A stretch of DNA of 64,000 bases from Octopus sinensis (lineage: Eukaryota): NCBI RefSeq assembly GCF_006345805.1, contig NC_043000.1, positions 146,196,001-146,260,000 of the forward strand, in the 5' to 3' direction. Each line of letters starts with the position of its first letter. Within the stretch, counting starts at the first letter, position 1. A program made the translations under genes and the position numbers. The notes under the pieces are model-generated. The model made no database searches, was not told the DNA's origin, and saw nothing but the letters and a program-made list of their open reading frames with translations. Of the stretch, positions 39,380 to 53,735 are shown piece after piece.

Positions 39380-42300
39380 CAGTATTGACAACTTAAAATC
39401 AGAATTTTATGCTAAATTTCAGTAGAAAAAATACCCCCAAAATGCTAAAAAATGCTAAATATGACAAAAAGATCTAAATACTAATTTTATCAAAAAGCTT
39501 CATTTTTATTTACATTTTTATTTACTTTCTTTACTTACATTCAACATTGAGAAATAATTTCTTGAATTTCACTGGCTTGATCATTTTCAGTGCCTAGGTC
39601 TTGACTCCTGTATACATTCAAAGTCCAAATCTTGTTAATTATGTGTTTTGGAATATCGAAGTTTTTGCAACATTTACCATATCTTTTCAGGCCATATATT
39701 ATAGACGTTATTGATCTAAACATAGGAAGATGCATTTTGGTTTTCAATTTTGATTTGATTATACCCATACTACTGAACAACATTTGAGTTTGGCAATGTC
39801 AATAGATTAATGGCAAAATTTGCAACATCTCTAAAAGGATTTCGTCCCGCAGCATCTTTATATTCCAAGACTTCGAGCCAGAATGCCTCAGTATTAGACG
39901 TATTTTTTTCATTTAACTACAGGAATGCTATTAAAATGAATTTCAATTGAAGCAATTTTTCTTCGTTTAAATGCACTGCTTCTAAGTTGGCTCTTTGAAA
40001 TTCTGCAAAATATTCTCAACTGAAAAACATTTGATATTCCTCAGTATATTAATATTTCCTGGCAAACGGGGCTCGAGCTCTTTATAAAGGCAGAGTAAAA
40101 ATTGGTGTGCCCTTTTATGAATATTATTTTCTCCGGTGGCTGTTACAGTCTTCGTTTCTGCTATCTTTCTCTCGAAACTGTAGCCAAAATTTGGTTTAGG
40201 ATCGAGAAATGTTTCAATCGAAGCCTTTGGATCAAGAGGATCAATTTTACATGTTGGCAACGTTATCATATTAGCAACAGATTTGATCAAATTTGAAAGA
40301 TTTTCAAGTAATTTTTTTTTGTCGACAATGTTTGATTCAAAGGGTTTACTCACTTCCGGAACATATTTTGAAATGCATGCAAAAATAAAAGGCAAAGTTC
40401 ATTCCTAGAATCAAAAAACTTTTCATGTAACATTTTTGCTGTAAAGCATTTTTTTCTTTTGTAGTTGTAGTTTGCAATTCAAACCATTGGCTTTACCGCT
40501 GTTTCTATTGACAGTCAACTAGTTGTACAGGAATTCGCGATCTTCAAAGGCTCTTTATCTCTCTCTATATAAACGGCAGTTTGTCTGTGCGTGTTTCTGT
40601 GTGTCTGTTTGCTTGTACCCTCACCCTGACCACGGCTTTCAACCGATTCTGATGAAACTTGACACACACATAGCCCAATGTCATAATTCAAAACTAACGC
40701 AGCGAAAATTTTGAAAAGTTGCCCCAGTTCTGAAAAAAAATCGATAAATTCGACATGGGATCGAGAATCAGAAACACAAACCGCAAACTGTCTAGGGGAC
40801 GCAACTCCACCTTTTTTAACTCTCAAAAAAAAAAAATTACCATCATTTTTTTCCATTTTTTGGCTATTTTTTGGCTATAGCTCTCTAAAAATGCTTTATA
40901 GTTATTTCCCTTACAAACCTGAGCAACGCCGGGCGATACTGCTAGTCATTGATTACAAGGTAAAGTTGTTTGAAGGGTACGCTGTCTTGTTGAAGAATGA
41001 GAAGAATATTTATAGGTTTCAGATACTAAAAATTCTAAATTTATGGGCAAGCATTCAGCACATGTGTGGGATACTGCCAACTGTAAAAAATGACGTACAC
41101 ATCTAAATAGAAGTAATGATGGAACTTCTTTTAATTTCTGGAAAACACCATTGTTGAATGCTATCATTCCTATAGCAGTGTCGGTTCCTATAGCCTGTAA
41201 ATTTTTATATCTAATTTCCTTTTCACTAATTCAATTTTAAGGCATCTACAATGCCATCTACATCACATGTTTCTAAAGATACCATACTGAGATATGTATG
41301 TACCACTTATTTGTGAGTGTCACTATAATATATGATAACAATTCCTAACAACTTGGTTATCGATATATCATTGGATTCATCTAATAGCAGGCTAAATTTT
41401 CTATCTACTACATCAAAAATCAAATCTCCCTCAAAATATGGAGCTAGAACATTTCTCACAATATTTGCACAATTAGTACGATGCAACATCACTTTGGATA
41501 TAATATCACTATCATACATATAATTCTTACATAACATTATTAAGTGATCACAACTATTAAAGGATGAGTATTAACAAATAAACATTGCTAAATTTGCTTC
41601 AAGCATTGATATCTTATTATTTTTGGTTTTAATAAAATTGGTAAGAGGAATCATTTGCTGTGGAGTTGATACCTTATGTTTCCTTGCTTGACAGTGGCTT
41701 ACTAAAAGAGAATATTTTGCCAATATATTACATCTACAATATCTGCAATGTGCTTTAGATTAGTCACTAGATACTTCGCACAAATACTTAGTAAATGCTG
41801 GCATCTTAAGCCACTCCTTTCGGAATTTTTGCTGGTAGAACTTTATTTTTTCTTTGCACATTATAATATATTGGGGGGGGGGCAAGAAAATAAATAGAAT
41901 GGTTAATCAATATAAAATTGAAAACACAACTTATCAGTTTGCTGCTAACAATTCTTTCATTCGTCATTAACAATTCTTATGTTTGCTGCTTACAAATTCT
42001 TGATGTGAAGAATACTGATTCAGAATGCCGGGTGGTCAACATAAAAGTGGAAAAGTAAAATCTGCAGAAATCCTAGAACTGTGTTCTGATATAAACCTGG
42101 GAACATCATATTCGGCTTCCAATCTTACATTTAATATCTATTGGTAAAACCACAAATATAACTATAACAATACCTTGCAAAAAAAAGTAAGTAGAAATAT
42201 AAAGGGAGAGACGCCGCCACCCCCTACTTCTATGTAAGATATATAATCCAAAACAAGCATGAAAAATACAGGACTATTTTAAAACAGTCAAACTGTAAGT

Positions 42301-42772
42301 AAATCAGTCAACCTGCCCATGATAAAAACTCATCACTACAGAATAAAGCTTCGTTAGGACGAATTTCCATGCTTTCATTCTTTGCAACGTATTTATATTA
42401 TTGTGAAGTGAGTTCAGGTGCTGACATGAGTTATCTTCTCCCCTCCCCCCCCCACCACAACCACTCTTTATCCAAGCCGGTGGGGAGCTGGGAACGTTCA
42501 TAACTTGATAAACTTCCTTTTGATAAACTTTCATTTGAAGTTTCAAGAAAGTGGGAGAAAAATTCAACAATATCTGATAGTACAAAGATTTGGCTATAAG
42601 ATACATTAACGAAAGTAGAACGGGAAGAAACAGATGAAAAAAGGGTGACAATTGTGGAAAAGTCATGATCAGAGAAATATGCTAAAAAAAAATGCTAAAT
42701 ATAATTTCAAACCTGCCATTTCCCTGCTAGATTCAAAAATCTTCTGCTAAATGCAGAAAATTGGCAACCCTA
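39380..42772 (-). mobile_element. Decayed hAT DNA transposon with 8-bp TSD (ATACACAT)
   Basis: TSD at 39372-39379 and 42773-42780; degenerate TIRs CAGTATTGACAA / TTGGCAACCCTA. Transposase fragments: CRYC..H...KH zinc finger, FSLLLDESNDIS (catalytic D), C-terminal LFSSMGIIKSKL. Interrupted by a Helitron. Confidence 0.88.
40558..40945 (+). mobile_element. Non-autonomous Helitron nested in the hAT transposase
   Basis: A|TC start; same 3' hairpin and CTAG|T as 38887-39281; different internal sequence. Confidence 0.8.
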
Positions 42773-43269
42773 ATACACATATAGGTATGTATATATGTAT
42801 ATACCTTTATTCAGCTTTATATTGAGATTTCTTGCCAATAGAGAGAGAGAGAGTCGGTTTCAAAAATAGATCCAAGGCTCTTTCATTGGAATTTCAACAC
42901 AAACAACAGGGCATTTTTGTGTGTCGTTGTTTAGTTTTGCTTCAAGATCTTTTGCCTATAGATAACGTACCAGTTTCTAACCAAGGTTCAAGATTCCTTC
43001 AATGGTATTTCACCATCAACAACAGGGTATTTTTGTTTGTATGCATGTATGTGTGTATGTATGCTTGTATGTATACGTGCAGATGTGTATGTTTTGCTTT
43101 ATGGATGTATACTCATGCATATAGTTGCATATCTAGACATGCTCATATATATTTAAATGATAAACTTCTGGAAAGTTTTACAGATTTTTATAGTTCCAGT
43201 GTTGGATTCGCTCTATAATCTTCGAATTAGCTTTCTCCATTATGGTTTCGAGAAGCTTAATTTCTCAAG

Positions 43270-45175
43270 AGTGGTATTTAGGTAATGTGTTACGTATCCC
43301 CGGCCACTATAATTACACGTATAAACCTGAACTTGTAATATGGATAGGGTAACAGCTGATTTCTCAATAGTTTAGAATAGGTGTTCTCTTTTTCACTGAT
43401 CTTCAGCTTTATGTTAACATCCGCTGGGCAGCTAATTACCACAACTGTGCACAGTTTCTCTTCACGATCCCAAATCATTATATCAGATCTGTTGTGCATA
43501 CATTATATTGAGGTCTTCACTGGCATATTCCACCAATAATCCTTTTTATCATGAATGGCTATGTCTTCTACCATACTGTGGTTTCTTATTTCTTTGTCCT
43601 CGGGGTTATCCTTCCGACGGATTTCATCATAGAGTGTCCTAGCTACAATGACACGTCTCATCGGTATATAACGCCGCGATGACATTTTCGGACAACTGCG
43701 TGATATCTTCAGTGTGAACTCCTCAAAGTCTGCATCGGTTGTCACATCTTACTGCTTTTCCTGCATCTCTGTCCTTTTTGTGCACCAGCTACTTGGTTGA
43801 TATTTCCTGTTCCTGGATTACAAACGCATTCCCTTCAAAGTTAGAGGTAGTAATCCGGCTATTAATCCATCGATCATCCACTGCTTTGATAACCGATGTT
43901 AGTATCATCTCGGAACTGTCTGCTAACATATTCATGCATAGTCTTCTGCTCATATAGACTCATCCTTTCATTTGATGATATGTTACGGTAAAGTCGTGCG
44001 AATTCTTTCAGTATGTATTATAGGTTATCAGGCAAATAATTTTGCTCAAGGAGCTACCTTCCAAAGTCTTGTGATAATATCAGCCTAATATATGCTGATA
44101 TATAGCATTCATTCATGACTGGATATTATGCTTTAACAATTACTGGTTTCTTCATATGATATACGAGGGACATTCAATAAGTAATGCTCCTGACCCACTT
44201 GCAGTTGTTTGATCTAGCTGAAATTTTGCATGTGCAATTATTCATATCTCTATAGATTATGTGGCAAATTACAGCTCCGAAATAATTGTGGTATCTGATT
44301 TACAGGTGTTCGAACTGAGTAAAGTGTGAAATGGAGCCTGTTGAGTGTCGAGAAGTGATCCGGTTTTTGTATTTGAAAGGACGCACACCACGGGAGACTT
44401 TTGATGAAATGAAAGTAACTTATGGTGATGATGCCCCATCATATGACCTTGTAAAACGCTGGCATCGTGAATTCAAACATGGTCGGAACTCTGTGGAAAC
44501 AGCTCCCAGATCTGGTCGGCACCCCCTACTTCTGCCATTGATGAGGCATCTGTCCGTCAAGTTGAGGCTGCCATTTTGGAAGGCGGAAACTTGGTAAAGG
44601 GATGCCTTTAGATACTTGCTGATTAAAAAATGTTGCCGAAGGGGTTACGATAAGACATTCAAAGGCATTTTGGATCGGTGTTAAGCCTCTAACGCCTTGT
44701 TTTCGTTTTATGTAGAGGCGGTCTACGTCACTGTTTATGTGGAAATTATGTGTGCATGTTAGTATGTTTCGGATTTTCACATCAATGACTCGGATCTCCT
44801 CAAGCGTCTAATCAAGCAGCCGAAATGTTGGTATCAGTACTGGCACGGCCAACACATTGTGGGCCACTGTTTTATTGAATGCAGAAATTTCTGAGGCCCT
44901 AATTTTCTTTATTCGACTGTAATACTCTTTAGTGACACGTGTTTTGTTACGGGTGTCATTGTAAAATATGTTTTCATCCACACTTAGGTACCTGAAACAT
45001 TCCTCGTCAGATATACGGTAAAGGGTGAAATCATGATTGAGATTTTGTTAGTCTGGTTTATAGTTTTCCCTCTTTTTACAACCACATAACATTTATCCTG
45101 ACCAAACTCCAACTCTACATCCTTTGAGAATGTTGCAACTAGCTTAAGGCTCCTTTTCATCGCATGCATATTCTT
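43270..45175 (-). mobile_element. Decayed R4/Dong-type LINE (RT end + CCHC + restriction-like endonuclease), split by a mariner fragment
   Basis: FSKDVELEFGQDKC; SDVDRLYIKRKQGVRGL; ISRSCPKMS; WWNMPVKT; HNRSDIMIWD..KLCTVVVISCPADVNI..KISEKENTY. Confidence 0.85.
44164..44590 (+). mobile_element. Mariner 5' end (TIR + N-terminal HTH), truncated
   Basis: TA|CGAGGG terminus; MEPVECREVIRFLYLKGRTPRETFDEMKVTYGDDAPSYDLVKRWHREFKHGRNSVETAPRSGR. Confidence 0.9.
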
Positions 45176-46179
45176 TGCATATATGTATGTACGTACGTAT
45201 GTTTACGTGCAGATTTGTATGTTTTATGTATGTCTTCTCATGTATATACTTGCATATCTGCATGTATATATGTTTGTATTATGTATGTGTATGTATGTAT
45301 ATGTGAACTTTACGTTAGTTGAAATATGTTTGGGAGCCATTCGCTGGTTGGCACTGATGCTGCTAATAGTATCTGTATCTGCATATATATGTATAGAGCT
45401 TGGCCTTCTCTTTCAAACGATTATGATCTGCTGGTTTGTGCTACGTTTTCGATAATTGCTTTAGTTCCGGACTATATACGCAAATTGTACTCTTGAATTA
45501 GACATCTGCTTTGTATTTGAAGTGCGGTCAGTTTCATAATGTCAACATGCATAATATGGAGGAGATAATGCAATGACTTCTATAAACACTCTCTAAAAAT
45601 AGTTAATTCATTCTAAGAAGAGCGGATCAATTATAACGATATTTCTTTTAATTTATGTTTAGAGTAATCACTATCGTTTGATCGAGAATAATTATTCGCA
45701 TTCTATCCAAAGAAATGAGAAATCAGATTTTTATGAGTTAACTCCTTTTAAATTCACTTCATATACGCTTTTCGGAAAGCATAAACAAGGCAACTCATGT
45801 TTTTAATAACTAAAGACTAGAAAATCTAAATAGCATTGGTATTTCTCCTCTTGTTCATTTTGCATTTGTTACTGTATTTTAATCCATACACTGTTTGACA
45901 AACGTTAATCGGGGGCCGTGATTCGGATAAAAGCGTATATATATATATATGTAACCTATGTGCGTTGGTCATTAATCTTATTTTCAATTCTATGCCAATT
46001 CATCACGATATTTGTTGTGTTACGAACAACATCAATCATCTGGCAGGAATTCATATCTGTCAACACACAGCGAATGATATATTGCCTTCAAATATATAAG
46101 TTCAATATTAAACAACAGATGTTGGCAAGATTACGTGTGTGTGTGTGTCTGCGTGTGTATGTATGTATGTGTATGTATG

Positions 46180-46268
<89 letters not shown>

Positions 46269-46684
46269 TGATGTACTATCCAAGTATATGTACGCATATG
46301 TGTTGTACGTGTATGAACAGTGTTTAGATATAAGGCTACTTGGTCGAGTCAACAACGTAAACTGAGATGCCGTATATTAGATGGATTGAATAAAAATCTT
46401 TTCAATAAAAAGAGAAAGGAATGGAGTTTTTTTCTAACATATTCGTGAAACATGTAACCATGCTCAGGATGGAAATTGTGCACTGGTTTTATATTTAGCA
46501 TATTACGGAAAGAATGAAAAACCTGAAAACGAAAACTTCTCACTGGATTATTTGTTTCACATCTTAAGATATGTAAGAAGCACCATTGGTCAAAGAATCC
46601 TATCCATATTTAGTAGAATATAGGTCCTAATATATCACATTTTTAAGGAGGGTAAGGCGTAACTTGTGGTTAACGTGAAGCTAA

Positions 46685-46946
46685 GGCGGTGAGCTGGCAG
46701 AAACGGTAGCACGCCGGGCAAAATGCTTGCAGTATTTCGTCTGCCGTTACGTTCTGAGTTCAAATACCGCCGAGGTCAACTTTGCCTTTCATCCTTTCGG
46801 GGTCGATTAAATAAGTAGCATTTACGCACTGGGGTCGATATAATCGACTTAATCCGTTTCTTTGTCCCCTCTGTGTGTAGCCCTTTGTGGGCAGTAAAGA
46901 AATAGGTATGTTAGCACGCCGGACAAAATGCATAGCGGCATTTCGC
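46685..46946 (+). mobile_element. tRNA-derived SINE (family A)
   Basis: GGCGGTGAGCTGGCAGAA head, GAGTTCAAAT.CC B box, GCCTTTCATCCTTTCGGGGTCGAT core; further copies at 47866 and 63299. Confidence 0.88.
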
Positions 46947-47409
46947 CCCCCCCCCTCTCTCTCTCTTCTCCTGCTAAATAATTAACGATTTAAGATTAAA
47001 AACAAAATATCTATGACCCCTGTTAAATTATAAACTACTTTCTCTCTATAGGGAACTTAGTAAAAGGTTAAATTTAGCTTGATTTATTTGTCCCAAATTA
47101 TGGTGCACTAACGATTCGAAAGGAGGATTACAAAACGATATACATAGCTGCCAACTACTAGAAACTTTAAGAATTCTATAGTGTGTCGAAAAAATGTTAA
47201 TTGTGTATATTCTGTACACTTTTTGTTACTTTGTCGTAAATTCAAACTTTCAAATTTTCCTCGGCTTAGCTTATACTAGAGTGAGCCTCAACTTAGCTTA
47301 TACAAGAGTATACAACGTCTTTTTTATTTGAGTCTTGTTCGTTCACAGAATTGACTTCGGTTATAGTATTTTCCAGTTTATATCTTTGTAAGCATAAAAA
47401 TTATTTTTA

Positions 47410-47610
47410 CTATAGGCACAAGACCTGACATTTGCAGGGAACAGTATAGTCTATTTCATCGACTCAGCGCTCAACTGGTTTTTATTTTATCGATCCTGAA
47501 GAATCAAAGTCAATGTCGACTTCAGTGGAATTCGAAGCCAGAACATAAAAACGGAAGAATATTGCTAAGCATTTTGTCCGGCGCCCTAATGATTGTGCTA
47601 GCACGCTGCC
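47410..47610 (-). mobile_element. Degenerate family A-related SINE
   Basis: GCTAAGCATTTTGTCCGGCGCCCTAATGATT.TGC..GCACGCTGCC is the reverse complement of the head. Confidence 0.6.
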
Positions 47611-47865
47611 TACATGTTTGCGTATAATAATATCATTATCATTTTCACCTGTCCTATTTTGACATATTTCTTTTATTTAATATGATATAATTTCATCTTT
47701 ATAGTACGTCCTTCTGTTTACTAGATACAAAATTTAAGCTGTATTAGAACACATTAACCCTCATGTTTCAGATATATATTTTTATATGAAAATATATGTA
47801 CATCTAATAGAGAAGCCTGATTTCTAAGACTAATTCAGCTATTATACACTTATTTAAGTCATATA

Positions 47866-48116
47866 GGCGAGCTGGCAGAAACGTATATAGGCGAGCTGGC
47901 AGAAACGTTAGCGCGCCGGGCGAACTGCTTATCGGTATTTCGTCTGTCGTTACGTTCTGAGTTCAAATTCCGCCGAGGTCGACTTTGCCTTTCATCCTTT
48001 CGGGGTCGATAAATAAAGTACCACGTTCGCACTGGGGTCGATGTAATCGACTTAATCCCTTTGTCTGTCCTTGTTTGTCCCCTCTATGTTTAGCCCCTTG
48101 TGGGTAGTAAAGAAAT
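47866..48116 (+). mobile_element. tRNA-derived SINE (family A) with a duplicated head of about 25 bp
   Basis: Homologous to 46685-46906; ATATAGGCGAGCTGGCAGAAACGT present twice. Confidence 0.88.
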
Positions 48117-49750
48117 ATATACACTTATTGAAGTCTAGAGATGACGGGGGAAATGATGGCGTGGATTCGTAGATTAAAAAAATAATAGAACAGAAAATTT
48201 CCTGGAGTGTTCAATACATTTATTAAAATTTTATTTCTTTGTGCATTTTTGTTTCAATGTTTAAGCTCAACTTGTTTGATGATTTTGGCTGTTGAACCAT
48301 TGCTTGCGTGTGTATGCATACTTTGAATAGTATATATCTGACGATGTGTCTCTGTATATATTGGAACATATATGCTTAGGGGAGTGGACAGCCTGCTGTG
48401 ACCAGCGATGTCAAATGGACGCACAACGAACTGGTCGGTCAAGGTGATCAAGGTGATCAAGATGATATACTTGAATGTAGATTTTAAAATGTATTTTTGA
48501 ATGTAGATTTGGTAAGACTATCTTTATTGATTGCTGTAAATTTTGAGTTTCTGTGCTTCTGTCTGACTTTTGAGACTTATCTATAAGCTTCAGCGTAAGT
48601 TAGAATGACAAAATAGTGTATAATGTATGAATATTTCAGCACGAATAATCAAAACTTTTGTGGAATATTGTAAATTATTTATATTTTCAGGAAGAAATAG
48701 TCTGATTTATGAAATTACTGTATGTTCATTTGATATAGAGGCTGGTGTCACTCTGACCTTATGATTAATTAAAGTGCAAATTATTACATGAAGATAGAAG
48801 AGAGAAACATATCCTATTCTACTGGGATTTCATTTCGCAGCTGTTGGAATGCCTGTATTGCTAACGAGTACATATAACGTATCATGGTGATCACAGACAC
48901 AATGATGCATTGTGAAACGAATACAGAGACATCCCAAAAAAGAAACGCATACATACGTTCTTATAAACACACAAATATACACAGATACACGTTTCAACAG
49001 AAACCCAAGTACACACACTTACATCTGACTGTCAAAGTAAACTGACAAGCAGGAACATCTAGCAGAAAGCCAATTAAAGGGCATTCCTCAAAATCTGAAT
49101 ACAGTAACAGAGTAAGATAATATAACCAATATAATTATTCTGAAACAATGGACCCTATCTTATATCATATGAAGAAACCAGTAATTGTTAAGGCATAATA
49201 TCCAGTCATGAATGAATGCTATACAGTATGTCTAATACGTGTGTACTTGTGTATGTGTGGGTGTGTACTTGTATGTGTGTGTGTGTGTATTAGCAATTAG
49301 TGATGGAAACAGACTTTCTATTGAATATTAATTTGCTCATCCAACTTAACTTGGATCTGTTGTTTTCAAGGTTGTAAACTACGGTGGTCGCCTTGATAAA
49401 TCGTCTCGTATAGATGTTGAGTGATTAAAGGCACCACGGAAGGATGTCATTGTTTAACACAGGCCTGCCAGCATCTTGCATTTAGTCAGTGTTCAACTAT
49501 GTCGATTTGATGGAATTTTGTTCTGACATTCGGTGGTAGGTTGCCTTTTACTGAGAAAGAGCAAATTACATTGAAAATCACATGGCACAACAGTCTCATC
49601 CGCCTCTGCTCACGAAATTTCGTCTACCGATGTAACCTGTACTCTTTTATACTCAACGACTATACTAGATGATTTTTCAGGAGGATTACCGCAGCTTACA
49701 GCGTTTGAAACAACACATCCAAGCGAGTAGGATGTGAACATTTATGTGTG

Positions 49751-49790
<40 letters not shown>

Positions 49791-50023
49791 ACAGAATAAG
49801 ATAAGAGTATTCAGTCCATATAGTAAAGTTTATGTATGTAAAGTCAAATATTCACCCCATAATAACTCAGTCTTATACATCTGTCGAAGGATTTAACAAA
49901 CTAGGAATGACTCACTCATGAGACTCTAAACAACATTAAACTGAATCACTGGACACACAGACACACACAGACACACACTCACACAGACACACACGCACAC
50001 CTACATACACACATATATATATA

Positions 50024-50562
<539 letters not shown>

Positions 50563-50825
50563 TATATATAAAGTGCAACATGAGATAAAAGTACCAATTA
50601 ATATCGTAGAGTTTATGTTTGTAAGGTCGACGTTTCACCCATTATGCCTCGGAGTTTTACACACCATTCGCTGTGTCTTGTTACTTTGGAGTAACTCACT
50701 ATAGAAATGAATAAATTACTCCCTCATGAGACTCTCAGCCATACTAAAGTGAATCATTGGGCATATACAGGGCCTTCCAATACCCTTTTTTTCTATATAC
50801 ATACATTCATACATACATACATACA

Positions 50826-50883
<58 letters not shown>

Positions 50884-50892
50884 ATATAATAT

Positions 50893-51486
50893 ATATATAT
50901 ATTAATAATTATAACAAGGGAATGGCTATAAGCCTCTCCACACGCTAGAAAATAGACGCCTAGAGACGCTATTACCACCAGAAAAACTCCGAAAAATAAA
51001 ATAAAAACACTTGCAGTACTCGGTCAAAAGGAAGATAATGAATTAAACTTTTTGTTAACCGTGTACAAGATCCTGCTTAAAGCTTAAGGTAAAGAAAAAA
51101 TTATATCTACTGCTCTCATCAGTAACGATATTCCATAGTATAAACTGACGAGTATCTACATATACGTATATGAGCAGCGACTTCGTACAGCAATATGTAT
51201 CTTTATATATAAAATTGAAGTTGTGTGTGTGAGACTCTGTCTCCTCCGAATAAGATTCCTAACTACTCCCACATTTTGCGGTGCAGTTTAACTAAAATCG
51301 GGTATCTTATAGTCGTCAGTCATATCGAGCCCTTTCTGGGTATTAGCGCGCGTGTCGATGATTTACCATCATTTTTCCGCATTTTTATTGATTTTTGCAT
51401 GGGTTATATAAGGGAAGTAACTCTCTAAAAATGCTTATATAGTTATTTCCCTTACAAAACCGGGCAACGCCGGGCGATACTGCTAG

Positions 51487-51544
<58 letters not shown>

Positions 51545-52360
51545 GCAGAAATGTACACTGAGGTAGAATTCTCATCTCTCTTTTCAACCACGTGTTATAT
51601 ATAAAAACATACTCTGCAGTGAATGCAGTTTTGGTCAAGGAGTAAATTTACCAGGATGTCATACACGGCTAACCAAAAATTTAATTCCTTATCTTTCTTT
51701 CGTCCGACTTTTGCCCGTGTTTCATTTTTCGGAGTTTTAAGGTGGTAATAGTGTCTTTAGGCGTCTATTTTTTTTAGAGCGTCGAGAGGCTTATAGCCAA
51801 TTCCTTGCTATAATTATGTACATAATTATTAAAATATTTGTAAAATTTACCTATAAGGTTTTTATTTCCGCGCTGACCCCCTGGTAAAATCATTAATGAT
51901 TGTTTATCTATTATTACAATTAATATTCGAAAAATTTACTCCTTGATCAAAACTGCATTCACTGCAGAGTATGATTCTATATACTACACGTGGTTGAAAA
52001 GAGAGATGAGAATTCTGCGAGTATGTATATATATTGTTGTACGAAGACTCTGCTCGTACACGTACGTGTAGATACTCGTTAATCTATACTATAGAATATC
52101 CTTGCTGATGAGAGCAGTAGATATAATTCTTTTTGGTTTTACCTTAAGCTTCAAACAAGATCTTTTATACGGTTTACCAAAAGGTTAATTCATTATTTAG
52201 AAATAGCATCTTTAGGTGTCTATTTTTCTAGTACGTGGAGAGGCTTGTTATAATTATGTATATAATTATTAAAATATTTGTGAAATTTACCTAAGAGGAT
52301 TTATTTCCGTGCTGACCCCCTGGTAAAATCATTAATGATTTTTACCCTCTATTATAATTA
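50893..52360. repeat. Nested inverted and direct fragments of one repeat family (left arm 50893-51650, central copy 51660-51925, right arm 51930-52360)
   Basis: CATACTCTGCAGTGAATGCAGTTTTG.TCAAGGAGTAAATTT and ATATCTACTGCTCTCATCAG occur in both orientations. Confidence 0.8.
51200..51486 (+). mobile_element. Non-autonomous Helitron (same family as 38887)
   Basis: A|TCTTTATATATAAAA ... CCGGGCAACGCCGGG ... CTAG|T. Confidence 0.85.
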
Positions 52361-53702
52361 TATATAGTTATAGATATATCTACATACATACAAGAAAGCA
52401 TTGGTGTATATGTGTGTATGTGTGTTTGTTTGTGTGTCTGTGTGTCTGTGTATGTGTGTGTATACACATGAATAAACAGTCATTAAATGAATGAATCAAA
52501 TACCTTCTCTATTTTTCTCACTTTACTACTTTGCTCATCGCATTTATTGTATATAGGAGTATTTATGCGTATGTCATATTTGATACAAGTTTGACAGTGT
52601 GTAGGCGTATTCAACTTTGATTTATATAAGATACACATCCTTGTAAAGACATACGCATAAATATGCAATATATTCATGAATGGATTGACACTGAAACGGA
52701 ATGAGATAAATAACCACGGGGCAAGATGTAAATTTATTTATTTATGTTCTATTGATTGATTCATAAAGTATTTCACTGAAGAGTGGGTTTCCGTTAAACA
52801 TACTTCGAGCAAGCGTTGCATGTTTAAAATAGATATTCTTCTTGAAAATATTTAGATTACTGTAACGTGAGTGGTAGAAATATGCGATTTCAAGCACAGT
52901 ATCAACGACATTTGCCGTTGTAGTAAACTGAAAAATTTATCCCCGACAAGCAAAGATGAAACCTTATATCGATCATTCAAATTGTAAGAAATAGCAATCA
53001 AATATTCTCAGATGACGCCATAACGCCTTTAATAAGGAAAGCTACGTTAAATAACATACTCTTGGACGAACTGTGTTATTGAATAAATGTTGGGATGCTG
53101 TGCTTGGAAATCTGTTAATAATAGGCCATTTGGATCAGAGCTAACCTGTGTCTAAATGAAACTATATCATCAATATGTAATTATATAATGGACGCAAAGA
53201 AATTTCCTTCCGTTAACCTTAAAATAATTAACGACATAGATATTCTTAAAGCACATAGAGCCGAGTGATATGTTTGACTTATATACTTCTTCATCAAATC
53301 CTGATGTTTATTTGAACACTAGATGATGCATTGGCGAATTGTTTATGGAACAGTTCATGGGGTCACACTTTATCAAATCGGTTTTTATTTATTTTCGCAA
53401 TTATCTTCGATTTAACTCGCAGCTTTTCAGCATTTCAAGAGAGTGTGGAAGATGTCGTGCATAAAGGCACTAAAATATTAACACCTTCTAACCTATCAGA
53501 CAATGGCTAACCTGCCTTTCAAATATAAATATCTTTGTGGTGATGTGTTTAGCTGATTCTTCTCTCAGTGGAACTTAGACGTGACACGCACGCACATACA
53601 TACATTCACATATGCATGTATTAACTATCTGTATGTGCGTGTGTAGGCGAGTATATGCATATGTGGGTGTATACACACACACATGCATACATACACACAT
53701 AC

Positions 53703-53735
<33 letters not shown>

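Noticed and set aside
50624-50660. Minus-strand ...CCGAGG...GGGU-GAAAC-GUC, HHR-like
   Set aside because: The core has deletions and helix I mismatches; too degenerate to call.
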